From positions 37,522-101,521 of the forward strand of contig CADECW010000008.1 of assembly GCA_902825855.1 (NCBI GenBank): a DNA stretch of 64,000 bases. Reading direction: 5' to 3'. Of this stretch, positions 9,243 through 18,686 are shown piece after piece. The position numbers and the translations under genes were made by a program. The notes beneath the pieces were generated by a model that saw nothing but the letters and a program-made list of their open reading frames with translations, had not been told where the DNA came from and did not search any database. Position 1 is the stretch's first letter, and each line of letters opens with the position of its first letter. Source of the stretch: an uncultured Rhodospirillales bacterium. GTDB taxonomy: Bacteria > Pseudomonadota > Alphaproteobacteria > Reyranellales > Reyranellaceae.

Positions 9243-10235
9243 GTGATGCTGAGACGCAGGCTGCTTACCTCTTCACTTGCCGCGCCCTTGGCCGCGCCGT
9301 TGGTGATGCGCGGCGTCGCCGCCAAGGCCCAGGCGCAATGGCCGGCCAAGACGGTGCGCTTCATCGTGCCGTTTGCGCCGGGCGGCGGCACCGACACGGT
9401 CAGCCGCCTGATCTGCGACCACCTCGGCCGCAGCTTCGGCCAGCAGTTCGTGGTCGACAACAAGGGCGGGGCCGGCGGCAATATCGGCACGGCTGAACTC
9501 GCGCGCGCCGCGCCTGACGGCTACACGATCGGGCTGATAACGGTTGCCAGCCATACGCTCAATCCGATGCTCTACAGCAAGCTGCCCTACGATGCCGACA
9601 AGGACATCGTCGGCATCTCGCGCGTCGCCGTGCTATCGAACCTGCTGGGCGTGCCGCAGTCGCTGCCGGCCAACTCCGTCGCCGAACTGATCGCGATCTG
9701 CAAGAAGGAGCCGGGCAAGTATTCCTTCGCCTCGTCTGGTCCTGGCACGTCGCTGCATCTCAGCGGCGAGCTGTTCAAGACGATGGCCGGTGTCGACATC
9801 GTGCACGTGCCTTACAAGGGCGCGGGCCCGGCCTACAATGACCTGGTCGCCGGCACCGTGCAGATGATGTTCGCCAACATGCCGTCGATGCTGCCGCAGG
9901 TGCGCGGCGGCAAGCTGAAAGGACTGGGCGTGACGTCGGCAGAACGCTCCAAGGCCGCTCCCGACATCCCGGCCATCGCCGAGACGCTGCCGGGCTATGT
10001 CGCCACCTCGTGGTACGGCGTCGGCGCGCCGGCCGGCACCCCCGAGCCGATCCTGGCGAAGCTCGAGGTCGCCATCGCCGAGGCCATGAAGCAGCCCGAG
10101 ATCCAGAAGCGCTGGGCCGACGATCTCGGCCTTGACATGCCGCCGGCCGGCCGCGCCGGCTTCGATGCGTTTCTCGCCGAGGACAGAAAGCTCTGGGCGC
10201 CCGTGGTGAAGGCGTCCGGTGTGAAGCTCGACTGA
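9243..10235 (+). CDS. Tripartite tricarboxylate transporter substrate-binding protein (Bug/TctC family)
   Basis: Tat-like RRRLL signal; VPFAPGGGTD, VDNKGGAGG, APDGYT, HVPYKGAGPA. Confidence 0.93.
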   Translation: MMLRRRLLTSSLAAPLAAPLVMRGVAAKAQAQWPAKTVRFIVPFAPGGGTDTVSRLICDHLGRSFGQQFVVDNKGGAGGNIGTAELARAAPDGYTIGLITVASHTLNPMLYSKLPYDADKDIVGISRVAVLSNLLGVPQSLPANSVAELIAICKKEPGKYSFASSGPGTSLHLSGELFKTMAGVDIVHVPYKGAGPAYNDLVAGTVQMMFANMPSMLPQVRGGKLKGLGVTSAERSKAAPDIPAIAETLPGYVATSWYGVGAPAGTPEPILAKLEVAIAEAMKQPEIQKRWADDLGLDMPPAGRAGFDAFLAEDRKLWAPVVKASGVKLD

Positions 10236-10271
10236 AGCGTCAGGTCGCCGCGAGCGTCAGCTGCACCTGCC

Positions 10272-10296
10272 GCAACGGGTCATGCGGCTTCGCGTT
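10272..10296 (+). promoter_or_regulatory. EcfG-type promoter GCAAC-N16-CGTT for the ATP-dependent DNA ligase
   Basis: GCAAC 10272-10276, 16 nt, CGTT 10293-10296; ATG follows after 8 nt. Confidence 0.6.
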
Positions 10297-10304
10297 GCCA
10301 CGCA

Positions 10305-11345
10305 ATGGCAAAGGCCGTTCCCCGCAACACGATGGAAGCGCAGCAGGTCGATGAGTTGCCGCGCGACAAGGGCTGGCAGTTCGAGCCGAAATGGGACGGC
10401 TTTCGTTGCCTGGCCAGCCGTGACGGCGCCAAGGTCGAGTTGATGGGGCGGTCGGGCAAGAGCCTCGCCCGCTATTTTCCCGAGGTCGTCGCCGGGCTCG
10501 CCGCCCTGCCGGTGAGACGTTTGATCTTCGACGGCGAACTCGTCATCCCCGTCGGCAAGGCGCTGTCGTTCGATGCGTTGCAGATGCGCCTGCATCCGGC
10601 CGCGAGCCGCATCGCCAGGCTCGCGCGTGAGACGCCGGCACTGCTGATCGTGTTCGATGTACTGCGCACGCCCGATGCCGATGTAGTGAAGCGCCCGTTG
10701 ATCGAGCGGCGCGCGGCGCTGACGAAACTGTTCGTGCGGCTCGCCGACGCGCCGCATTTGCGGCTGTCGCCCGCGACCACGCGGCGAGCCGAGGCGTCGC
10801 GCTGGCTTGTGCGGGCCGGCGGCGGCGCGCTCGACGGTGTCGTCGCCAAGCGGCTCGACGAACCCTATCGCGCGGGCGAGCGGGCGATGCTCAAGATCAA
10901 GTGCCTGCGCTCGGCCGACTGCGTCGTCGGCGGCTTCCGCTATGCCACGGGGAGCAAGGAGGTCGGCTCACTCCTGCTCGGCCTCTACGACGACCGGGGT
11001 CTGCTCGATCATGTCGGCTTCACCTCGGCGATCTCCGATGCCGAACGTCCGGCGCTGACGCGCAGGCTCGACAAGCTGCGAGGCGGGTCGGGCTTCACCG
11101 GTGACGCTCCGGGCGGTCCCAGCCGTTGGTCGACCGAGCGAAGCGCGCAATGGGAGCCTCTCGAGCCCAGGCTGGTCGTCGAGGTGCGATACGATCACGT
11201 CACCGGTCAGCGCTTCCGCCACGGCACGCGCTTCGTGCGTTGGCGGCCAGACAAGTTGCCACGGCAATGCACCATGGACCAGTTGCAGCGCGAGGCGCGA
11301 CCGTTGCGGCTGGTGCGCGAGATGCGGCTACAGGAACTGGCGTAG
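10305..11345 (+). CDS. ATP-dependent DNA ligase (LigC-type, NHEJ/repair)
   Basis: Adenylation motif EPKWDGFR, DGELV, DGVVAK, MLKIK, SLLLGLYD, RFRHG; no polymerase or phosphoesterase domain. Confidence 0.92.
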   Translation: MAKAVPRNTMEAQQVDELPRDKGWQFEPKWDGFRCLASRDGAKVELMGRSGKSLARYFPEVVAGLAALPVRRLIFDGELVIPVGKALSFDALQMRLHPAASRIARLARETPALLIVFDVLRTPDADVVKRPLIERRAALTKLFVRLADAPHLRLSPATTRRAEASRWLVRAGGGALDGVVAKRLDEPYRAGERAMLKIKCLRSADCVVGGFRYATGSKEVGSLLLGLYDDRGLLDHVGFTSAISDAERPALTRRLDKLRGGSGFTGDAPGGPSRWSTERSAQWEPLEPRLVVEVRYDHVTGQRFRHGTRFVRWRPDKLPRQCTMDQLQREARPLRLVREMRLQELA

Positions 11346-12518
11346 CGCGGCCAGCACCACCAGCGCGCCGACGGCCATGACCACGCTGCCTATCGAGATC
11401 ACGTAGAGCGCCCGGCCCGGTGACAGCCGCGCCATGCCGGCGGCGATCCAGAAGAGGGGATCGTTGAAATGGCAGATCGCCATCGAGCCGGCGCCGACCG
11501 CGGCAGCGGCCAGTGTGCGGCCGATGGCGCTGTCGAGGCCGAGCGCCGGCAGCATCGGCTCGACCATGCCCGACGCGGTGAGGATGGCGGTCAGCGAATT
11601 ACCCTGCATGGTCTTGACGATCGCCGCGGCGAGGAACGGCGTGAGGATACCGTAGCGCGGGTGGAGCGCATGCTCGGCCAGCAGCTCGGCCATGCCGGTC
11701 TCGTCGAACACGCGGCTCAGGCCGCCCGCGGCGCCGACAGCCAGCAGCAGCGGCGCCCAGCTGCGGCCGGCCAGCGCCGAGGGCTGCCAGCGGCCGGCGA
11801 ACAGCACGCCGAGCGTGATGGCGATCGCAGCCAGCATCAGCGGCTTGGAGATGCCGATGTAGAATTCGCGCGCACCGCCCTTGCCCAGCGGCTCGCTCGG
11901 CATCTGCGCCACGGCCTGCAGGACCAGCAGGGCGATCGGTATGGCGACGGCAAGCCAGGCCCATCCGATACGGCCCGGCGTCTTGTTCGCCGGCACCTGG
12001 CGCGAGACGTACCACCAGCCCAGCAGCGCCGCGATCGCAGCAAGCGGCAGGCCGATTACGGCCATGCTGCGCGGCGGGATCTTCATCACCGACGCTGCGG
12101 CGACGGCGAGCGGCGAGGGCGTCGCCAGGGCAGCGAAGGCGAGCAGCGTCAGCGCGAGGCCGAGAGCGCGGCGCGGTGCGTCCTGGCCGGCGGGCTGCAA
12201 CAGCGCCAGGCCGCCGGCTGCCGAGGCGCCGAGGCCCGCCAGCGCGCCAGCGGCGGCCGACGTGCCGGTGCCGAGCGGCTCGCGCAGCACCAGGCTGGAG
12301 ACCAGCGCCCCCGCGACCACCAGCAGTCCCACCTGCTCGATGGCCGCCGTGAAGCCCAGCCCGAACGCCTTGCCGACCGACATGAAGGTCATGTCGGCCG
12401 CGATGCCGTAGACCACGACCGTCGCCATGATGGCGAGGAAGACGGGAAGATGCAGGCGCTGGACCAGCAGCACGATCGCGATGACGGCGAGCGGCACGAG
12501 AAGCGAGGCGAGAACCAT
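11328..12518 (-). CDS. GntP-family permease
   Basis: LHLPVFLAI, AAIVKTMQGNS, GAGSMAICHFNDPLFW (GntP C-terminal motif). Confidence 0.8.
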   Translation of the reverse strand: MVLASLLVPLAVIAIVLLVQRLHLPVFLAIMATVVVYGIAADMTFMSVGKAFGLGFTAAIEQVGLLVVAGALVSSLVLREPLGTGTSAAAGALAGLGASAAGGLALLQPAGQDAPRRALGLALTLLAFAALATPSPLAVAAASVMKIPPRSMAVIGLPLAAIAALLGWWYVSRQVPANKTPGRIGWAWLAVAIPIALLVLQAVAQMPSEPLGKGGAREFYIGISKPLMLAAIAITLGVLFAGRWQPSALAGRSWAPLLLAVGAAGGLSRVFDETGMAELLAEHALHPRYGILTPFLAAAIVKTMQGNSLTAILTASGMVEPMLPALGLDSAIGRTLAAAAVGAGSMAICHFNDPLFWIAAGMARLSPGRALYVISIGSVVMAVGALVVLAALRQFL

Positions 12519-12670
12519 GGCGCGGAGACATTAGCGTGCTTCGACACATTGTCACCCCGAGCAACGCGCGACTTTCCCATGTCCCCGACCCTGAGTCCGC
12601 CTGGCTTCCTGTATCCTCGATGGTGAGCGGGTGAAGACATGAGAGGGTGCTTGTGGGCTATAGTGCCACC

Positions 12671-13858
12671 GTGCGTCTTCTCCTTGCCCTGCTGTTGGCC
12701 CTCGGCCTCTCCACTGCAGCACGCGCCGACGCCATCGTGCGTATCGAAGGCAGGAACTTCATCGCGCCCGACGGCGGCACGCTGCTGATCAAGGGCATCA
12801 ACCTCGGCAACTGGCTGATGCCCGAGGGCTACATGTTCAAGTTCGAGGTGGCGAAGTCGCCGCGCCAGATCTACCTCGCCTTCGACCGCCTGCTCGGCCC
12901 CGAGCGCGCCCGGGCTTTCTGGCGACAGTTCCGCGACACCTACATCACCCAGGACGACATCGCCTTCATCAAGTCGGTCGGCTTCAACACCGTGCGGATC
13001 CCGCTGCACTATCGGCTGTTCATGGATGCCGACGGCGAGATCGCGGGTGAAGGCTGGCTCCTGCTCGACCGCGTCGTCGGCTGGGTTCGTGACGCCGGTC
13101 TTCTAGCCATCGTCGACCTGCACGCCGCGCCCGGCGGCCAGACCGGCATCAACCACGATGACGGGCCGGGCTATCCGTTGATGTTCTATGTACCGCGCGA
13201 TCGGCTTCTTACGGTGAAGCTGTGGCGCGCCATCGCCAGGCGCTACGCCGGCAATCCCGCGATCCTGGGCTACGACATCCTGAACGAACCGATCGCGCCG
13301 TATCACGACGTGGCGACACTCAATCCGCGACTGGAGCCTTTCTACAAGGATGTGACGGCGGCGATCCGCGAGGTCGATCCCGGCCGGGTCGTGATCCTGG
13401 CCGGGGGGCAGTGGAGCTCGAGCTTCGACATGTTCGGCACGCCCTTCGCCGACAACCTCGCCTATACGTACCACTCGTTCTGGGCGAGCACCCAGCGAGA
13501 CTCGATCCAGCGGCATCTGAATTTTGCGGCACGCCACGACGTGCCGCTGTTCCTGGGCGAGACCGGTGAGCTGACCGACGAGTGGAACGCGCGCTTCCGC
13601 AAATTGCACGAGACGCACGGCATCGGCTGGTCGTTCTGGACCTACAAGAACCTCGACACGCCCTCGACCATCGTTTCCATCCCTCGTCCCGAGGGCTGGA
13701 ACGAGATCGTGGCCTTTGCCGACGGCAAGCGTACGCAGAAGCCGGACGAGACGCTGATCGACCGAGCGATCGCCGAGTATCTCGACGGTCTGCGCTTCAG
13801 CAAGGGCGTCGTGCGGTGGAGTTACCTGGAATCGCTGGGATTGAAGAGCGCGCCGTGA
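12671..13858 (+). CDS. Secreted glycoside hydrolase family 5 (cellulase-like)
   Basis: Signal peptide; GINLGNWLMPEG, GFNTVRIP, DLHAAPGGQ, acid/base NEP, nucleophile GETG. Confidence 0.9.
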   Translation: MRLLLALLLALGLSTAARADAIVRIEGRNFIAPDGGTLLIKGINLGNWLMPEGYMFKFEVAKSPRQIYLAFDRLLGPERARAFWRQFRDTYITQDDIAFIKSVGFNTVRIPLHYRLFMDADGEIAGEGWLLLDRVVGWVRDAGLLAIVDLHAAPGGQTGINHDDGPGYPLMFYVPRDRLLTVKLWRAIARRYAGNPAILGYDILNEPIAPYHDVATLNPRLEPFYKDVTAAIREVDPGRVVILAGGQWSSSFDMFGTPFADNLAYTYHSFWASTQRDSIQRHLNFAARHDVPLFLGETGELTDEWNARFRKLHETHGIGWSFWTYKNLDTPSTIVSIPRPEGWNEIVAFADGKRTQKPDETLIDRAIAEYLDGLRFSKGVVRWSYLESLGLKSAP

Positions 13859-13896
13859 TCCCTGAGCGTAGGGCGATCGAAGATGGCTCCCCAATC

Positions 13897-13999
13897 CATC
13901 ATCCCGACCGGAGCCTCGCGCGGCGAGGCGGAGCGGACCTGCTCATGCTTTCGAAAACAGGAGGTTCCTCCACTCCGCTTCGCTCCGGTCGGGATGACG
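13897..13999. repeat. CGTC-tagged palindromic (REP/MITE-like) repeat, copy 2
   Basis: Perfect 16-bp inverted repeat TCATCCCGACCGGAGC/GCTCCGGTCGGGATGA; internal similarity to 8986-9104. Confidence 0.82.
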
Positions 14000-14034
14000 A
14001 TAAATAGCCCACCGTCATCCCTCGAATGGTCAGT

Positions 14035-14751
14035 CTAACTCGCCAGCTGCCTCGCGTGATGGTCTGCCAGGGCTTTCAGGGCAGCTTCGCCGTCACCCAG
14101 GAAGGTGGGACCGTGCATCAGGGCAATGGTGCGGGGCTTCAATGCCGCCAGCCGGCGTAGGGTCGGCGCTACCTGAGCCGTTGCCGGCATGAAGGGTACC
14201 GCCTTCTCGGTGGCAATGGCCGGCTCGACGATGTCGCCGCTCGTCGACGCTGGGCAGGGGCCGAACTGGGTGAAGAGATCGCTGCTGAACAGCGTGCCCG
14301 TGGTCTCCTCGTGGATCAGGCCGGCGTCCCAGTTGTGCGGCACATGCGGCGTGTCGATCCAGCGCACCTTCCTGGTCCCGAGATCCAGCACCTCGTCGTC
14401 CTTGAGCGCACGCGGTGGCCGGTCGGCCATGTCGGTCAGCCAGATGTTGCAGCCGACCTGGCCGTGCGCCGGCGTGGCGTTCGGCGCCGCCGCCAGCCAC
14501 TGGTTGAGCGCGCCGCTCTCGTCGGCCTCGACATGGCTGCAGGTCGTCCAGCGCAGCTTGTCGAGCGGGATCACACGCTTCACTGCGTCGGAGACCAGCG
14601 AAAAAAGCGAGCGCTGTCCGTAGTGGAACAGCAGCGGCTGGTCGTCATCGATCAGGAACTGGTTGAAGGTGAGACCATTCGGCCCGACCTGGGGCACGAA
14701 GGTCGACAGGCGGTAGATCTTGTCGGCGATTTCCGAGACGTCGGTGTGCAT
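14035..14751 (-). CDS. Stand-alone metallo-beta-lactamase-fold protein (flavodiiron/ODP-like)
   Basis: TFNQFLI, SHVEADESG, TPHVPHNWD, LFSSDLF, MHG. Confidence 0.82.
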   Translation of the reverse strand: MHTDVSEIADKIYRLSTFVPQVGPNGLTFNQFLIDDDQPLLFHYGQRSLFSLVSDAVKRVIPLDKLRWTTCSHVEADESGALNQWLAAAPNATPAHGQVGCNIWLTDMADRPPRALKDDEVLDLGTRKVRWIDTPHVPHNWDAGLIHEETTGTLFSSDLFTQFGPCPASTSGDIVEPAIATEKAVPFMPATAQVAPTLRRLAALKPRTIALMHGPTFLGDGEAALKALADHHARQLAS

Positions 14752-14777
14752 GCGCTGCTCCTCAAGTCTGCCGAAGC

Positions 14778-15668
14778 CTAGGGCGCGAGAATGCTGATCA
14801 GCTTCTGATTGAACGCTTGGGCCGCCTCGTAGGCAACCCAGTGGCCGGCCCCCTCGATCACGTGCATCCGGAAGTCCGGCTGCAGGGCGCGAAACAGGTC
14901 GATGCGTTCCTGGATGTGCGGATAGGTCGTCGAATCGAATTCACCCCAGATGCCGGTCAACGGCGTTTTTACCCGCGGCAGCACCTCGCTGAGCTTGTAG
15001 GCCTGTCCCATGTTGCGGCTGCGTGTCTTGGCGCGCGTGGTGTTCATGATCTGCATGTAGATCGCTACGCCATCCACGTTGGCGGGATCGTGCAGCATCA
15101 GGATTTCCAGGTTGCGCCGAGCCTCGGCGGCCAGGGTCTCGGCCGGCATCTCGGCCAGGAGCTTGCGCAGCTTCGGTCCCGGCTTGCGTGTCGCCTTTAG
15201 CCCCCCGGCACCGACCATGACGATGCGGCGGATGCGTTCGGCGAACAGCGTGGCGATGTGTCCCGCAACCATGCCGCCGAAGGAGAAGCCAGTGATCGCG
15301 AAGTCCTTGCCGGCCGGCAGCAGCTCCTTCATGGCCGACTCGACGCAATGCGTCACAGACCAGACATCGCGCACGTCGTTCGGCGGATCGCTGTCGCCGA
15401 GACCCGGCAGGTCCGCGGCGTAGACGGTGAAATGCTGAGCCAGCGGCTGGACGTTGCGGATCCAATGGATCCACGAACCCGAGCCGCCGTGGAACAGAAG
15501 CAAGACCGGCTTGCCGGAGTTCTCCTCCCAGATGTGCCACATCATCCTGCCGCCGTTGCCCATCGGCACGCGCACCTTGCGCGAAGCTGTGGCTTCGACG
15601 GTGGCGATGTGTTCGGCGGCGGTGCGGCCGTCCGGCATGCGCGGAACGGCTGAGAAGTCGAGGCTCAT
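14778..15668 (-). CDS. Alpha/beta fold hydrolase
   Basis: LLFHGGSG, DLPGLGDS, nucleophile elbow GFSFGG, GAGHW; ATG overlaps the upstream stop. Confidence 0.88.
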   Translation of the reverse strand: MSLDFSAVPRMPDGRTAAEHIATVEATASRKVRVPMGNGGRMMWHIWEENSGKPVLLLFHGGSGSWIHWIRNVQPLAQHFTVYAADLPGLGDSDPPNDVRDVWSVTHCVESAMKELLPAGKDFAITGFSFGGMVAGHIATLFAERIRRIVMVGAGGLKATRKPGPKLRKLLAEMPAETLAAEARRNLEILMLHDPANVDGVAIYMQIMNTTRAKTRSRNMGQAYKLSEVLPRVKTPLTGIWGEFDSTTYPHIQERIDLFRALQPDFRMHVIEGAGHWVAYEAAQAFNQKLISILAP

Positions 15669-16720
15669 CTGGCGAGAGCCCCCAGCAGACGCTCGACGAA
15701 GCCCGACGCCTGCTTGCGGTCGATCCAGCGCAGCACCGTCACCAGGTCGTTGTCGGGATCGATCCAGACGATGTGGCTGCCCCAGCCCAGCGCGTAGTAG
15801 CTGCGTTCCGAAGCCGCCTTGAACTGGCGCCGGTCGGTGTTGAGCCACCACATCAGCCCGTAGAACGGCGCGACAGCGCAGGGCTTCACGAGCTCCTCGG
15901 TCCAGCCCTTGGGCAGCAGCTGCTTGCCGTCCCACGCGCCGGCTTGCGCCACCAGCAGGCCCATCAGCGCAAGATCACGCGCCGAGATCACGATACCGCC
16001 ACCCCAGTGGCCGCCACCCGGCACCGAGGTCATCTTCCTGCCGTCGATCGTGACGGTCGAGTTGCGATAGCCGTCCCATGTCCAGTCCTGCGAGGCGCCG
16101 ATCGGATCCATGATGCGCCGCTTCAGCACCGACGGCAGCGGCTCCTTGAAGAGCTGCATCAGCGACAGCGACAGCCGGTTCACGCGCACGTCGTTGTATT
16201 CGTAGAAAGTGCCTGGTTTCCTGAGTTGGCGCCGCGTGCCCTTGGGCGCCTCGGCGACCGCGAGACCGACCACGCGGTTGTGGTCGATGCGGTCCTCCTT
16301 GTCGAACAACGTGCCCTGCCACTCGCTGGTCTGGGTCAGGAGCTGCCGCCAGGTGATGTCCTTGTTCTGCTCGCTGGCGAAACCGTCATCGAGTGCGGAC
16401 GGCCCGGCCTTGTCGTCGAGATCCTTGATCAGTCCGTCCCCGACGGCGAGACCCGCGAGCAGCGAGAGGAAGCTCTTGGCGACGCTGAAGGTCATGTCGG
16501 GGCGCGCCACGTCGCCCCATTCGGCGACAACCTTGCCGCCGCGATAGACGATGCCCGAGTGGCCGCCGCGTGGCGTCACCGGTCCCAGCACCTCGTTGTC
16601 GGGGGCTTTTTCGCCGGAGTCGAAGGTCATCACGAACTGGCCTTCCGGCATCTTCATGCTTGCGGGCCACTTCGACTCGGCGGCCTTGGCGTAGGCGATC
16701 GCCTCTTTCAGTTCATTCAT
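15665..16720 (-). CDS. Serine hydrolase, beta-lactamase class C-like family
   Basis: SxxK (FSVAKS), LLTQTS, YEYND, GGGIVISARDLA, YGLMWW. Confidence 0.88.
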   Translation of the reverse strand: MNELKEAIAYAKAAESKWPASMKMPEGQFVMTFDSGEKAPDNEVLGPVTPRGGHSGIVYRGGKVVAEWGDVARPDMTFSVAKSFLSLLAGLAVGDGLIKDLDDKAGPSALDDGFASEQNKDITWRQLLTQTSEWQGTLFDKEDRIDHNRVVGLAVAEAPKGTRRQLRKPGTFYEYNDVRVNRLSLSLMQLFKEPLPSVLKRRIMDPIGASQDWTWDGYRNSTVTIDGRKMTSVPGGGHWGGGIVISARDLALMGLLVAQAGAWDGKQLLPKGWTEELVKPCAVAPFYGLMWWLNTDRRQFKAASERSYYALGWGSHIVWIDPDNDLVTVLRWIDRKQASGFVERLLGALAR

Positions 16721-16771
16721 GCCCGCAATCAACATTGGAGCCTGCCCGGGGGCAAGCGTAGAAAACGCATC

Positions 16772-17815
16772 ATGACCTTGCCCAGTTCGATCACCATCCG
16801 CCGCCCCGACGACTGGCACGTTCATCTGCGCGACGGGGCGATGCTCGAGGCCTGCGCCGTGCATACAGCGCGCCAGTTCGCCCGCGCCGTCATCATGCCG
16901 AATCTCGTGCCGCCGGTAATTCGGATCGCGGAAGCGTCGGCCTACCGCGACAGAATCCGCAGAGCGGTTCCGCCGGGACTCACGTTCGAGCCGCTGATGA
17001 CCTGCTATCTGACCGACGATGCCGATCCGGTCGAACTCGCCAACGGCAAACAACAGGGCGTGTGGGTGGCGGCCAAGCTCTATCCGGCGCATGCCACCAC
17101 TAATTCGGCGCACGGCGTCACCTCGATGGACCGCATCGCCAAGGGGCTCGAGGCAATGGAGAAGGCGGGCATGCCGCTGCTGGTCCATGGCGAAGTGACC
17201 GATGCCGACGTCGACATCTTCGATCGCGAGGCGGTGTTCCTGGACAAGGTGCTGGCGCCCTTGCTCGCTCGGCATCAGGGGCTGAAGGTCGTGCTGGAGC
17301 ACATCACGACCAGGGAAGGCGTGGCCTTCGTCGAAGCGAACGGTGCGCGCGTGGGCGGCACGATCACGCCGCATCACCTGAGCTACAACCGCAACGCCAT
17401 CTTCAAGGGCGGCATCCGCCCGCATCTCTACTGCCTGCCGATCGCCAAGAGCGAAGAGCATCGCCTGGCGCTGCGCCGCGCCGCGACCTCGGGCGGCGCG
17501 CAGTTCTTCCTCGGCACCGATACCGCGCCGCACACGGCCGACACCAAGGAATGCGCCTGCGGCTGCGCCGGCATCTTCAACGCGCCCGTTGCCATGCAGG
17601 TCTACGCCCAGATCTTCGCCGAGGAGAATGCGCTCGATCGCCTGGAAGCCTTCGCGTCGTTGAACGGCCCGCGCTTCTATGGGCTGTTGCCAAACGAGGA
17701 ACGCATCACCCTCAATGCAGGCGGCCTGGACGTGCCGGAGCGCATCGACATTCCGGGAAGCGATAAGTCCGTGGTGGTCTTTCGCCCCGATACGCCGGTC
17801 AACTGGTCGTTGTAG
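16772..17815 (+). CDS. pyrC: Dihydroorotase
   Basis: RRPDDWHVHLRDG, MPNLVPP, KLYPAHATTNS, EHITT, CLPIAK, GTDTAPH. Confidence 0.97.
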   Translation: MTLPSSITIRRPDDWHVHLRDGAMLEACAVHTARQFARAVIMPNLVPPVIRIAEASAYRDRIRRAVPPGLTFEPLMTCYLTDDADPVELANGKQQGVWVAAKLYPAHATTNSAHGVTSMDRIAKGLEAMEKAGMPLLVHGEVTDADVDIFDREAVFLDKVLAPLLARHQGLKVVLEHITTREGVAFVEANGARVGGTITPHHLSYNRNAIFKGGIRPHLYCLPIAKSEEHRLALRRAATSGGAQFFLGTDTAPHTADTKECACGCAGIFNAPVAMQVYAQIFAEENALDRLEAFASLNGPRFYGLLPNEERITLNAGGLDVPERIDIPGSDKSVVVFRPDTPVNWSL

Positions 17816-17881
17816 CTGCGGGCTTGAAACCGCCGGCGAGGAAGGCTGGAGTGGCGCGTCCTCAACGTCTATTTTCGACCC

Positions 17882-18682
17882 ATGAGCAAAGGACGCATTC
17901 CCGCTGGCGCTGTCGTGCGCGGCACCGACAAAGGCTATGACCACTCCCCCTCGACGCCGCTGCTGAAGCCCGGCAGCGAGCGGCCGGTCGAGAAGTTCGA
18001 ACAGAAATACCCCTATCTGCGGCCGCGTGATGCGGCGACCCTGATCCTGGTGCGGCAGCGCGGCAAGGTCCCCGAGGTGCTGCTGGGCTGCCGCGACGCC
18101 AAGCATGCCTTCATGCCCAACCGCTACGTCTTCCCCGGCGGTCGCGTCGATCCGGCCGACGCCCGCGTGCCGGTGGCCACGCCGCTCGACCGCTTCGTCG
18201 ACGAGCGCCTGCGCAGGGCCGCGACCGCGCAACGCGCGCGGGCGCTTGCCGTTGCCGCCGTGCGCGAGACCTTCGAGGAGACCGGCCTGATGCTGGCCAA
18301 GCCGCTCAAGGGTGGTGTCCCGAAGGAGGATTTCGGCGAGCACTGGCATGGCTTTCTCGACAAGGGCATGGGCCCCGCATTGGACTGCCTCGACCTGATT
18401 GCCCGCGCGGTCACTCCGCCCGGCCGGCCGCGCCGCTTCAACGCGCGTTTTTTCATGGCGCGCGCCGAGGATGCGACCGGCGACATCCGCCATTCCAGCG
18501 AGCTCGGCGACATCCGCTGGGTCAAGCTCGACGAGGCGCGCGAGCTGCCCCTGCCGACCATCACCGGCCTCATCCTGGGCGAGATCGGCCGGCTGGCGAA
18601 GGAGCCGCCGGACCGTAAGCGGCAACGCAAGATCCCGCTGTTCACCACGGTGCATCGCCGGCACCTGATGCTCGAGGAGTAG
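17882..18682 (+). CDS. NUDIX hydrolase
   Basis: YVFPGGRVD...AAVRETFEETGL, TPPGRPRRFNARFF. Confidence 0.88.
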   Translation: MSKGRIPAGAVVRGTDKGYDHSPSTPLLKPGSERPVEKFEQKYPYLRPRDAATLILVRQRGKVPEVLLGCRDAKHAFMPNRYVFPGGRVDPADARVPVATPLDRFVDERLRRAATAQRARALAVAAVRETFEETGLMLAKPLKGGVPKEDFGEHWHGFLDKGMGPALDCLDLIARAVTPPGRPRRFNARFFMARAEDATGDIRHSSELGDIRWVKLDEARELPLPTITGLILGEIGRLAKEPPDRKRQRKIPLFTTVHRRHLMLEE

Positions 18683-18686
18683 CGAC

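Noticed and set aside
8950-14030. Palindromic repeats as a possible CRISPR array
   Set aside because: Dispersed rather than regularly spaced; no spacers and no cas genes.
15665-16720. Beta-lactamase (antibiotic resistance) call
   Set aside because: SxxK family membership alone does not show beta-lactamase activity; no signal peptide, and it is coupled to an alpha/beta hydrolase, so an esterase or amidase is more likely.
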